Of a stretch of 64,000 bases of DNA, positions 28,223 through 38,130 are shown piece by piece. Positions within the stretch are counted from its first letter, which is position 1. Each line of letters opens with the position of its first letter. Origin of the DNA: Acidimicrobiia bacterium (GTDB lineage: Bacteria > Actinomycetota > Acidimicrobiia > Spongiisociales > ZC4RG35); NCBI GenBank assembly GCA_046756405.1, contig JBHHWH010000001.1, positions 3,133 through 67,132 of the forward strand, written 5' to 3'. The notes beneath the pieces are model-generated. The model did no database searches. It had not been told where the DNA came from and saw only the letters and a program-made list of their open reading frames with translations. The position numbers and the translations under genes are program-made.

Positions 28223-28277
28223 TGGTCGACCGGCTCACCGTCGCCGACGATGGCATCGAAGCGAAAGATAGGGTCAC

Positions 28278-28760
28278 ATGACGACAGGGGCTTTGATTCT
28301 GCGGTGGATACACATCGTCGCCGGAGGTGCCTGGCTGGGCGCTGTGGTGATGGTCGTGTTCGTCCTCGTGCCTTCTATAAACCAGCTCGGTGAGCCGCGA
28401 CGCGGATGGTTCACGGACGCTGTGTTTCCGAAGGTCTTTCGGCTCGCCTCGGTACTTTCGGTGACGGTGGTCATCACCGGGCTGGCGTCATACCTGGAGC
28501 GGGTCGGGTGGCAGCTCGAGCTGAGACCGTTGACGTCGGGCCGGTGGGGATGGTCCATCCTCATCGGCGGTCTGCTGGCTTTGCTCCTGACGGTGTTCCA
28601 CTTCGTCGCCGAAGGCCGGCTCGCCCCTCACATCAGAGGCACAGGGTCCGCGCCGATGAGCCCGCGTGGGCTGACGGTGTTACGGATCGCCCCCCGGGTA
28701 GGTCTGGCGATCCTCCTGACCGTCGTCTTCCTGATGACGTACGCCGTCCACGGAACCTGA
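28278..28760 (+). CDS. Hypothetical integral membrane protein (4 predicted TM helices).
   Basis: Hydrophobic segments IHIVAGGAWLGAVVMVVFVLV, LASVLSVTVVITGL, ILIGGLLALLLTVF and VGLAILLTVVFLM. No recognisable catalytic motif. Confidence 0.55.
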   Translation: MTTGALILRWIHIVAGGAWLGAVVMVVFVLVPSINQLGEPRRGWFTDAVFPKVFRLASVLSVTVVITGLASYLERVGWQLELRPLTSGRWGWSILIGGLLALLLTVFHFVAEGRLAPHIRGTGSAPMSPRGLTVLRIAPRVGLAILLTVVFLMTYAVHGT

Positions 28761-28780
28761 AGTGGCGGACCGCCGTCCGT

Positions 28781-29572
28781 TCAACGCCCTTTGAACTCGG
28801 CCTGGCGCTTCTCCACGAAGGCGCGGACCCCCTCGACCGCGTCCTCGGAGGCGAAGGAGACGGCGAAAGCCTCCTTCTCCACCTCGAGGGCCTCTTCCAT
28901 CGGCCGGCCCCATCCGTCGTTGAGGGCCCGCTTGGCCGCGCCCAGGGCAACCGTGGCCTTGGTGGCCCAGTCGGCGGCGTCGTTGAGGGCCACTTCGAGC
29001 AGCTCGTCGGGGGTGGTCACCTTGTCGGCGTATCCGATGGCAAAGGCCTCCTCGGCGTCGATGTGACGTCCGCTCATCACCAGCTCCTTGGCCCGTTGAA
29101 ACCCAACAACCCGGCCCAGCCGCTGGGTACCCCCGGCACCAGGGATGATCCCCAGCAGAATCTCGGGCTGGCCCACCTTGGCGTCGTCGGCCATATAGCG
29201 GAAGTCGCAGCCCAGCGACAACTCACAACCACCGCCCAGCGCATATCCGTGGACGGCAGCGATGGTGGGCTTGGGGAGTCGCTCCAGAGTGGCGATGGAT
29301 TGGAGAAGGGCGTAGGCGGTCATCTCCCTGCCGCCCGCGTCCATGACCGCTTTGAAGCCCTTGATATCCGCTCCGGCGGCGAAGTGGGGTTGGCCGGTGA
29401 CCACCACCGCCCGGATGGCGGGGTCCTGGCAGGCCTCGAAGGCCTCCCCAAGCTCCGAGGCGAGCTGTTCGTTGAGAGCGTTCACCGGAGGCCGGTCGAG
29501 GCGGACCAGGGCTACCGCCCCTTCCACCGTGACCGACACGTATTTCAAACCGAGGATTTCTGTCCATGTCAT
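28781..29572 (-). CDS. Enoyl-CoA hydratase/isomerase family protein.
   Basis: Full-length crotonase fold with the oxyanion-hole region FAAGADIKGF...HGYALGGGCELSLGCDFR and catalytic-acid region ILLGIIPGAGGTQRL. Start taken at the Met of MTWTEILGL. Confidence 0.85.
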   Translation of the reverse strand: MTWTEILGLKYVSVTVEGAVALVRLDRPPVNALNEQLASELGEAFEACQDPAIRAVVVTGQPHFAAGADIKGFKAVMDAGGREMTAYALLQSIATLERLPKPTIAAVHGYALGGGCELSLGCDFRYMADDAKVGQPEILLGIIPGAGGTQRLGRVVGFQRAKELVMSGRHIDAEEAFAIGYADKVTTPDELLEVALNDAADWATKATVALGAAKRALNDGWGRPMEEALEVEKEAFAVSFASEDAVEGVRAFVEKRQAEFKGR

Positions 29573-29582
29573 GGAGACGAAT

Positions 29583-32318
29583 CTAGACGGCTGGTGCCGG
29601 CCGGGCGGCGGGAAGGTCTCGCATCGCCGGTTGACGTTCCGGGGGGAGGGGTTCGATGCGCATCCTGGCATCCACCACGCTCACTCCTCGCCCGGGTTCG
29701 AGCACCTTGACCGGGTTGAGGTCCATCTCCGCCAACTCAGGCACTTCGGCGATCAGCGCCGATACCCGACACAGGGTCTCTACCAGGGCGTCGACGTCGC
29801 CCTTCGGCTGGTTGCGATAACCCTCCAACAGCTTCGACCCCCGGGTTTCGGCGATCATCTCGGCGGCGTCGGTGTTGGTGATGGGATGGGCGCGGAAGGC
29901 GACATCTCCCAACAGCTCCACGTAGATGCCGCCCAACCCGTACACGACCAGGGGACCGAAGTTGGGATCGAGGGTCATCCCGATCAGGGCCTCGTGTCCA
30001 CCTTCGACGAACTCCTGGACCAGCACCCCTTCAGCGTCTTCCACCGCCGAGATGACCCGCTGGTAGGCATCCGCCACCGCCTGGTCGCCCTCTACGCCGA
30101 TTACCACCCCACCTACATCTGACTTGTGCGTGGCCGCAACGGAGATCACCTTCAGCACTACAGGGCCGCCGATCTCTCCAGCCGCGGCCACTGCCTCCTC
30201 CGGACTGTGAGCAACCCGGGAAATAGGCCTGCGGAGTCCGGCGGAGGCCAGGATCTCTTCCACTTCCGCCGGCTCCAACCATCCCCCCGCTTCTCCGAGA
30301 CGCTCCAGGGCCTGGTCCACTACCCGACGGATCACTTCTACGGCCTCGGGGTCGAGTCGCCGCTCCTCGCCGGGATCCCGCCGCCGCCAGCGCCCATAGC
30401 GGACCGCCCGGGCCAGGGCCAGGGCGGCGTCCTCGGGAAAGACGTAGGTAGGAATGGAACGGGCCTTCCCTTCCCCTGCCAGAGCTTGAGCAGCCTCACC
30501 GCTCATGAAGACCGACAGCAGGGTCACCGGACCGTCGTATCTGGCCTGACAGTCCCGCAGCACAGCAGCAACCGCGTCGGAGCCTTCGGGCGAGGTAGGG
30601 ACGTAGATGACCATCACCGAATCCACCTCGTCCGAGCGGAGAAGGAGATCCGTGGCGTGACGAAACTCGTCGGGACCTCCCGAGGCAATCAGATCCACCG
30701 GGTTGGCGATGGACGCCTCTGCGGGCAAGGCGGCGCCGATGGCCTCGCCGAGGGCGGGAGACAAGGAAGGCAGCACCAGCCCGCTGGCCTCCAGAGCGTC
30801 GGCGGCCAGGATCCCCGGACCGCCGGCGTTGGTCACGATCCCCACCCGGACACCCCGGGGCACCGGCTGGTTGGCGAGCAGGTTGGCGGCGCCGAACAGC
30901 TCCTCGATGGTGTCCACCCTGATGACTCCTGCCTGACGGAACACGGCATCCACCGCTACGTCCGAGGAGGCCAGGGCCCCCGTATGCGACGATGCCGCCC
31001 GGCTCCCTGCCTGGGTACGGCCGGCCTTCACCGCCACGATGGGCTTGCGGCGACCGATACGCCGGGCGATGCGACTGAACTTACGCGGAGCGCCAAAGGA
31101 CTCCAGGTAGAGGGTGATCACGTCGGTCTGGGGATCGTCCTCCCAGGCGAGAAGCAGATCGTTGCCGCTGACGTCGGCCTTGTTCCCCACGGAGACGAAC
31201 TGAGAGATGCCGATGTTGTTGCGGCTGGCGTAGTCAAGGATCGCCACACCGAGGGCACCGGACTGGCTGGACATCGCTACGTTGCCTGCCGGGGGGTAGA
31301 TCGGTGAGAAGGTGCCGTTGAGTCGTACCGAAGGAGCGGTGTTGATCAGCCCCATGCAGTTGGGTCCCACCATGCGCATCCCGTACCGGCGCACGATATC
31401 GACCAGCTCAGCCTCCCGAGCCACCCCCTCCTCACCCACCTCGGAGAAGCCGGCGGAGATGACCACGATGCCTCGAACTCCCGCCTCGCCGCACTGGCGG
31501 GCCACCTCGAGGACAGACCCCTGGGGGATGACGATGAAGGCCAGGTCGACCTGGTCGGGAACGTCACCGATGGTGGGGTAGGCCCGTACCGACCGCACCA
31601 CCGGAGAGCGCGGGTTGACCGGGTAGAGGGGCCCGGTGAAGCCCGAGCTCAGCAGATTGCCGAAGAGCTTACCGCCGATGGAGTCGGGGTCGTTGGAGGC
31701 GCCGATGACCGCCACCGCCCGGGGGAAGAAGAGGGGTAGCACCGAAGCCGCCACCGCCCGCCGCTCCCGCTCCGCTTCAGCGGCCACGGCCCTCTCCGAG
31801 GGCTCAACAGGGAAGTCGACGGAATACACGCCTTCCTCCACGGTGCGGTGAAGCTCGTAGCCCGAGTTGCGGAAGACCCGCATCATCTGCCGGTTCTCGG
31901 CCAGGACATAGGCCTTGAACCGCTCGATCCCCTGGTCGCGGGCGTAGGTGGTGAGCAGTTCCAGGAGTTTCGTGCCCAGGCCCCGCCCCTGATGGTCGTC
32001 GGCCACTGCGAAGGCCACCTCGGCTACGAGAGAGTCGGGATCCTCCCGGTCGTAACGGCCCACGGCAACGATCTCCCCTTCGATCTCGGCTACCAGGGCC
32101 ATACGGTCCTCGTAGTCGACGTTGGTGAAGTGGGCCACTTCCCCGGGGTCGAGGGAATGTTTGATCCGGAAGAAACGGAAGTATCGGGACTGGGGGCCGA
32201 GACGCTCGAAGAAGGAGACGATGCCGTCTGCGTCGGTGGGGCGGATGGGACGGACCCGGGCGCCGCCTCCGTCACGGAGGACCACGTCGAGCTGGTACGC
32301 GGAGGGGTATTCGGCCAT
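29583..32318 (-). CDS. Bifunctional protein: N-terminal GNAT acetyltransferase fused to an ADP-forming acyl-CoA synthetase (CoA-binding, succinyl-CoA-synthetase-like and ATP-grasp domains); Pat/PatZ-like protein lysine acyltransferase.
   Basis: The N-terminal roughly 190 aa is GNAT (VADDHQGRGLGTKLLE). It is followed by CoA-binding AVIGASNDPDSIGGKLF, the ligase-CoA domain, and a C-terminal ATP-grasp (VVLKVISVAATHKSDVGGVVIGVEG). 911 aa. Confidence 0.8.
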   Translation of the reverse strand: MAEYPSAYQLDVVLRDGGGARVRPIRPTDADGIVSFFERLGPQSRYFRFFRIKHSLDPGEVAHFTNVDYEDRMALVAEIEGEIVAVGRYDREDPDSLVAEVAFAVADDHQGRGLGTKLLELLTTYARDQGIERFKAYVLAENRQMMRVFRNSGYELHRTVEEGVYSVDFPVEPSERAVAAEAERERRAVAASVLPLFFPRAVAVIGASNDPDSIGGKLFGNLLSSGFTGPLYPVNPRSPVVRSVRAYPTIGDVPDQVDLAFIVIPQGSVLEVARQCGEAGVRGIVVISAGFSEVGEEGVAREAELVDIVRRYGMRMVGPNCMGLINTAPSVRLNGTFSPIYPPAGNVAMSSQSGALGVAILDYASRNNIGISQFVSVGNKADVSGNDLLLAWEDDPQTDVITLYLESFGAPRKFSRIARRIGRRKPIVAVKAGRTQAGSRAASSHTGALASSDVAVDAVFRQAGVIRVDTIEELFGAANLLANQPVPRGVRVGIVTNAGGPGILAADALEASGLVLPSLSPALGEAIGAALPAEASIANPVDLIASGGPDEFRHATDLLLRSDEVDSVMVIYVPTSPEGSDAVAAVLRDCQARYDGPVTLLSVFMSGEAAQALAGEGKARSIPTYVFPEDAALALARAVRYGRWRRRDPGEERRLDPEAVEVIRRVVDQALERLGEAGGWLEPAEVEEILASAGLRRPISRVAHSPEEAVAAAGEIGGPVVLKVISVAATHKSDVGGVVIGVEGDQAVADAYQRVISAVEDAEGVLVQEFVEGGHEALIGMTLDPNFGPLVVYGLGGIYVELLGDVAFRAHPITNTDAAEMIAETRGSKLLEGYRNQPKGDVDALVETLCRVSALIAEVPELAEMDLNPVKVLEPGRGVSVVDARMRIEPLPPERQPAMRDLPAARPAPAV

Positions 32319-32467
32319 GACACAAACCTAATGGGTGCGGGTTCTCATCAACACCCACCCCAAGCGCCAGCCAGCGGTAGACTTAGCGAGGAATTATGGG
32401 GGAGTCACGAGGGTTCCCCCTAAGTCAGCGGGGAGGCGCTTAGGAGACTTCGTTCACCACCCGTCGT

Positions 32468-32519
32468 GGGGCCCGGGCCCGGTTCCTCGCCCCTCCCCCA
32501 CCCCCCCGGCTCGGGCCCC
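32468..32519 (-). terminator. GC-rich hairpin immediately 3' of tRNA-Leu (candidate tRNA terminator or processing structure).
   Basis: GGGGCCCGGGCC ... GGCTCGGGCCCC (11 of 12 bp) with a C-rich loop. It starts 17 nt downstream of the tRNA CCA end on the minus strand. Confidence 0.3.
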
Positions 32520-32535
32520 ACGACTTCTTCGCGTC

Positions 32536-32626
32536 TGGTGCCCGGGGTGGGTCTCGAACCCACACGGGCCGGTGAGGGCCCAAGGGGGTTTAAGCCCCTC
32601 GCGTCTACCGATTCCGCCACCCGGGC
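32536..32626 (-). tRNA. tRNA-Leu (anticodon UAA), class II with a long variable arm and an encoded CCA.
   Basis: The reverse complement reads GCCCGGGTGGCGGAATCGGTAGACGCGAGGGGCTTAAACCCCCTTGGGCCCTCACCGGCCCGTGTGGGTTCGAGACCCACCCCGGGCACCA. It has a 7-bp acceptor stem, a D-arm identical in pattern to bacterial tRNA-Leu (UGGCGGAAU.GGUAGACGCG), an anticodon loop CUUAAAC, and a T-arm GGTTCGAGACC. Confidence 0.8.
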
Positions 32627-32633
32627 ACGGGTC

Positions 32634-33512
32634 TCAGCGTAGATCGAGAAGACGATTGGCCGCACCGTCGAGGGTGTCCCGCTCCGATATCACCGCCTCT
32701 TTGGCGTCCAACGCGAGCATCACCCCCTCGGCGACCAACGCTCCACCCAGAATCACCGGCGCCCGGGCCGGGTCCAGGCTGGGGATCTTCCTCGTCTCCT
32801 CCAAGGTCAGGGTGGCTAGGCCTTCGACCAGGCCCACCAGCCGCTCCCGCCTAATGCGGTGGCCATGGACCGTCTCCCGCTCGTAGACGGTGAGTTGGAG
32901 GTCGATGGCGGCCAGGGAAGTCCAGGTCCCCGCCACCCCCACCAGGGTTCCCGGCGGGCGAAGTTCGAGAGGGGAGAGAAGCCCGGCTAGGTGACGGCGA
33001 GCGACGGCCAGCTCCTCCGGGGTGGCGGGACGGTGGGGCAGATGGGTCTCGGTGAGGCGAACCGACCCCACATCCACCGAGAACTCGGCATCGGCGGTGA
33101 CCAGCTCGGTGCTCCCCCCACCGATGTCGCACACCACCACAGGCGGCTCTAGATCCCAGCCGGCGGTGGCGCCCTCATAGGCGAGACGGGCCTCCTCTTC
33201 GCCCGTTATGAGAGTGGGCCGCACCCCAAGGGCCTTCTCGGCTAAGTCGAAGAACTCCTCCCGGTTGGTAGCGTCCCGACAGGCCGAGGTGGCGATGGCC
33301 TTGCGTACCTCCACCCCATGGGTATCCATGAGGATCCCGTAGCGGCGTAGTACGGGGACGGTGCGGCCAATCGCCTCCGCGGACAGCCGACCGCTGGCGT
33401 CCACCCCCCTACCCAGCCCGGTTACCTCCACCCAACGGCCGGTCTCGGTGCCTCCCCCCGTGATAAGGAGCCGCATCGAGTTGGTGCCTATGTCGACGAC
33501 ACCCACCCTCAT
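32634..33512 (-). CDS. ppx: Exopolyphosphatase / guanosine pentaphosphate phosphohydrolase (Ppx/GppA family).
   Basis: ASKHA-fold N-terminus MRVGVVDIGTNSMRLL and a second phosphate-binding motif VVCDIGGGSTELV. Confidence 0.85.
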   Translation of the reverse strand: MRVGVVDIGTNSMRLLITGGGTETGRWVEVTGLGRGVDASGRLSAEAIGRTVPVLRRYGILMDTHGVEVRKAIATSACRDATNREEFFDLAEKALGVRPTLITGEEEARLAYEGATAGWDLEPPVVVCDIGGGSTELVTADAEFSVDVGSVRLTETHLPHRPATPEELAVARRHLAGLLSPLELRPPGTLVGVAGTWTSLAAIDLQLTVYERETVHGHRIRRERLVGLVEGLATLTLEETRKIPSLDPARAPVILGGALVAEGVMLALDAKEAVISERDTLDGAANRLLDLR

Positions 33513-34027
33513 GACCGCCTCACCCACTTCGGGTTCTGCTCGCCATCGACGACGCAGAGCTCCTCGCAGTCGAGGGGCTCGATCCAGGCTGCCACCAACT
33601 CCCCCACCGGGTTCTCCCTACCTGCCCGGGTGTGGGCGTAGTGAGCGTGGAGGCACTTCACCCCCGAAGTCGTACCCCCGACTCCGCCGCGAGGTGTGGG
33701 TCCATCTCCTTCGGGAAGGAGGCCGTCCCGTTCGGCGGCGTAGCTGCGATGGGCATCGTCGAGGGCTGCGGCGAAGGCCCGGTCGGCCTCGGCTTTCGCC
33801 TCCATCCGCTTCACACCCCCGGCAGCCTCGAGACGGCCGATACGGAAAGACGCCAGGGGGCAGGTCAGCCAGTAGAGGGTGGGGAACGGGGTCCCATCGT
33901 CGAGGAGGGGCGGAACCCTAACCACCACGGGTAAGCCCAGATGGCAGCGGGAGACCACCTCGGAGGAGGCCCGCAACGGGCGTCCGATCTGGACTTCGAC
34001 GACCAGGCGGTCGTCAGGGACGGTCAC
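33509..34027 (-). CDS. DUF501-family protein (Rv1025-like).
   Basis: 172 aa. Conserved Cys/His cluster (CHLGLP...YWLTCP...KCLHAHYAH...CEELC). Its position between ftsB-like and ppx mirrors the mycobacterial eno-Rv1024-Rv1025-ppx arrangement. Confidence 0.7.
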   Translation of the reverse strand: MTVPDDRLVVEVQIGRPLRASSEVVSRCHLGLPVVVRVPPLLDDGTPFPTLYWLTCPLASFRIGRLEAAGGVKRMEAKAEADRAFAAALDDAHRSYAAERDGLLPEGDGPTPRGGVGGTTSGVKCLHAHYAHTRAGRENPVGELVAAWIEPLDCEELCVVDGEQNPKWVRRS

Positions 34028-34029
34028 GG

Positions 34030-35807
<1,778 letters not shown>

Positions 35808-37139
35808 TCAGGTCCCGGCCGACGACTCGAAGCGAGCTATCGCCCGTCGCAGGGCGATTTCGGGGTCGACGCCGAGGTGACGGCCCAAGTCCACCACGGC
35901 TAAGAGCAGTTCTCCCAGACCCGACTCGGGCACCTGGTCGAGCGTCGCTTCGACGACAGCAAGGCGCTCTTTCACCGTCGCCAGCGCCTCGGCTACTCCC
36001 CCAGTGTCGAGGCCTGCCTTGGCTAACCGGTTCTGAATCTTCGCTGCCCGGTGCAGGGCAGGCATCCCCTCGGGGACGCCTTCGAAAAGGGGCCACTCCC
36101 CCGCATCTCCCCGCTCCTCGGCTTTGATCCGATCCCAGTTCGACTTGACCTCGGCCGCCGAGCCCACCTCCACGTCCCCGAACACGTGGGGGTGGCGGCG
36201 TACCAGCTTGCGCCGCATCACTTCGGCGGCGTCGTCGATGTCGAAGGCACCTGCCTGACGGGCGATCACGGAATGGAAGAGCACTTGGAGGAGCACATCT
36301 CCCACTTCGTCCTCCACGGCGGCGTAGGCGACCCAGTCGGGGTCCTCGTCGTCGAGCCGGCTGATGGCTTCCACAAGCTCGTAGGCCTCCTCCACCAGGT
36401 TCTTCACCAGGCTGTGGTGGGTCTGTTCCCGGTCCCAGGGACACTCCTCCCGCAGCCGCCGCATCACCTGCACTGCCCCGATCAGACCCCCGGGCTCAGC
36501 GTCGATGAAAAGCGAAGTGCGCGGCCCTGCCAGGGACGGATCCACCTCTCCGGGAGCGACCTCCAGCACCTGTTGGGTCGAGGTTCCCACATCGACCAGG
36601 ACTCGTATCTTCGCCTCCTCGTCCACCACCCGGCCTACGGCGATGCAGGCGTCGGCGAGCACTTCGGGGCTGTCGACATGACCTATGACGGTCGGCACCG
36701 CCAGTACCAGCGGGTCGGGGAGGCGCTGCCCGTTGAGCACCTGGAGGCCCCGGTCTAAGGGGTCGTAGCCCACCTCGGCGACCGCCGCGTCGACGAAGCT
36801 CTCTGCTGGGATCACCTCTACCTCCTCGACGGCGTCGAGGAGTTTCCTCACCGCGAACTCACCCACCAGCGGGCTGCCAGGAACGGCGTAGACCACGGGG
36901 CCTTTGCGGGACAGCTCCACTACCCGTTCCACGATCGCCCGGTAGACGTCCTCGAAGCTGTCATGGGCCTGGTAGAGGTCGTCGCAGGTAATGACCGGGC
37001 GGAGAGCGGCGAGCTGCGCCGCGGCTGGATGGTCGTCCGTTCGCAGCACCACGGTGCGGTCGAGATCGGCCAGTAGCTCCCGCACCGATTCGGGAAGACG
37101 GTCGAGGTCGCCCGGCCCGAGGCCGGTGACCGTGATCAT
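35808..37139 (-). CDS. mazG: MazG nucleoside triphosphate pyrophosphohydrolase with an N-terminal tetrapyrrole-methylase-like domain (YabN-like architecture).
   Basis: C-terminal MazG motifs (MRRLREECPWDREQTHHSL...EAYELVEAI...EVGDVLLQV...RRHPHVF, duplicated). The N-terminal roughly 220 aa is a TP_methylase-like fold (ITVTGLGPGD). It is adjacent to eno, as mazG is in mycobacteria. Confidence 0.85.
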   Translation of the reverse strand: MITVTGLGPGDLDRLPESVRELLADLDRTVVLRTDDHPAAAQLAALRPVITCDDLYQAHDSFEDVYRAIVERVVELSRKGPVVYAVPGSPLVGEFAVRKLLDAVEEVEVIPAESFVDAAVAEVGYDPLDRGLQVLNGQRLPDPLVLAVPTVIGHVDSPEVLADACIAVGRVVDEEAKIRVLVDVGTSTQQVLEVAPGEVDPSLAGPRTSLFIDAEPGGLIGAVQVMRRLREECPWDREQTHHSLVKNLVEEAYELVEAISRLDDEDPDWVAYAAVEDEVGDVLLQVLFHSVIARQAGAFDIDDAAEVMRRKLVRRHPHVFGDVEVGSAAEVKSNWDRIKAEERGDAGEWPLFEGVPEGMPALHRAAKIQNRLAKAGLDTGGVAEALATVKERLAVVEATLDQVPESGLGELLLAVVDLGRHLGVDPEIALRRAIARFESSAGT

Positions 37140-38068
37140 GCCTCCGGTGGGATCACCCGGGGCTGCGGCACCGCCTCCCAGGTGCCATAGCTCTCGTCGA
37201 CGCTGACCTCGGCCTGAGCAACCCTGTCCAGGAACCAGGCATTGATCTGGCCACCCACCGCTTGGTCCTTGAGGAAGGTGACGACCTCCTCCACGGAAGG
37301 CATATCGTCCGGATTGGGGTCGGTGCGTTCACTGACGAAGATGATGTGGTAGCCGAACTGGCTCTGCACCGGCGTGTCGTACACCTCGCCGACGGGTGCA
37401 ACCATCAGGGCCTGGGCAAACTCTTCCACATAGCGGGAGGGAGTGTCGCAGCCCAGATCGCCGCCGCTGGCGCCACTGGCCGTGTCGAGGGACAGCTCCT
37501 GGGCGAGGGCTGCGAAGTCCTCACCGTCAGCCAGCCGGTCGAGAACCGTCTGAGCCTCTTCTTCCGTCTCCGCCAGGATGTGGGAGGCGCAGACGTTGGT
37601 GAAGTTGAGGGCCGCGGTCTGGAACTCGGCCTCCACCTGCTCCTCGGTGGGCTCGGGAGCGTCAGTGAGGAAGACCGCCCGGAGGGCGTTGTTGATGACA
37701 CCCTGTTCGGCGACTCTCCTCAGGAACTCCTCGGTGACGCCGCGGGTGGCCACGAAGTCTTCGCGGCTCTCTCCCGGGGCAGCGGCCTGGGCGAAGATGT
37801 TGTCGGCCTCGGCGCTGATCTCGTCCTCGGAGACAGCTATGCCGAACTCCTCTTCGGCAGCCTGGGCGATGATCTCCCATTGAATGAGAAAACCGAGGAA
37901 CTGGGCGAACTGGTCTTTGGCGATGGTGGCTTCCTCACTGTTTATGAGGGATTCCACTTCACCGACGGTTATCTCGGCTCCGTTGACAGTGGCGGCGAGG
38001 GCGTTGGAGCCACCACAGGCGGCGACGACGAGGCCGAAGACGGCTAGGAGGAGGGTGAGCTTCTTCAA
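37136..38068 (-). CDS. Parvulin-type peptidyl-prolyl cis-trans isomerase lipoprotein (SurA/PrsA-like).
   Basis: Lipoprotein signal MKKLTLLLAVFGLVVAAC (TTG start with an AAGGA SD). The C-terminal rotamase motif is ...SQFGYHIIFV. The ORF-track start at 38146 (GTG) would overlap mfd by 16 nt, so the internal TTG was chosen. Confidence 0.65.
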   Translation of the reverse strand: MKKLTLLLAVFGLVVAACGGSNALAATVNGAEITVGEVESLINSEEATIAKDQFAQFLGFLIQWEIIAQAAEEEFGIAVSEDEISAEADNIFAQAAAPGESREDFVATRGVTEEFLRRVAEQGVINNALRAVFLTDAPEPTEEQVEAEFQTAALNFTNVCASHILAETEEEAQTVLDRLADGEDFAALAQELSLDTASGASGGDLGCDTPSRYVEEFAQALMVAPVGEVYDTPVQSQFGYHIIFVSERTDPNPDDMPSVEEVVTFLKDQAVGGQINAWFLDRVAQAEVSVDESYGTWEAVPQPRVIPPEA

Positions 38069-38130
38069 CAGGGGATCCTTTACCAAGGGGGACGCGACGA
38101 TGGTAGGGGTGGGCCGGGATTTAGGGAAGA

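Noticed and set aside
32319-32535. tRNA-Leu 3' flank as a possible genomic-island integration site.
   Set aside because: No integrase, direct repeat of the tRNA 3' end, or compositional shift detected; the flanking genes are conserved housekeeping synteny.
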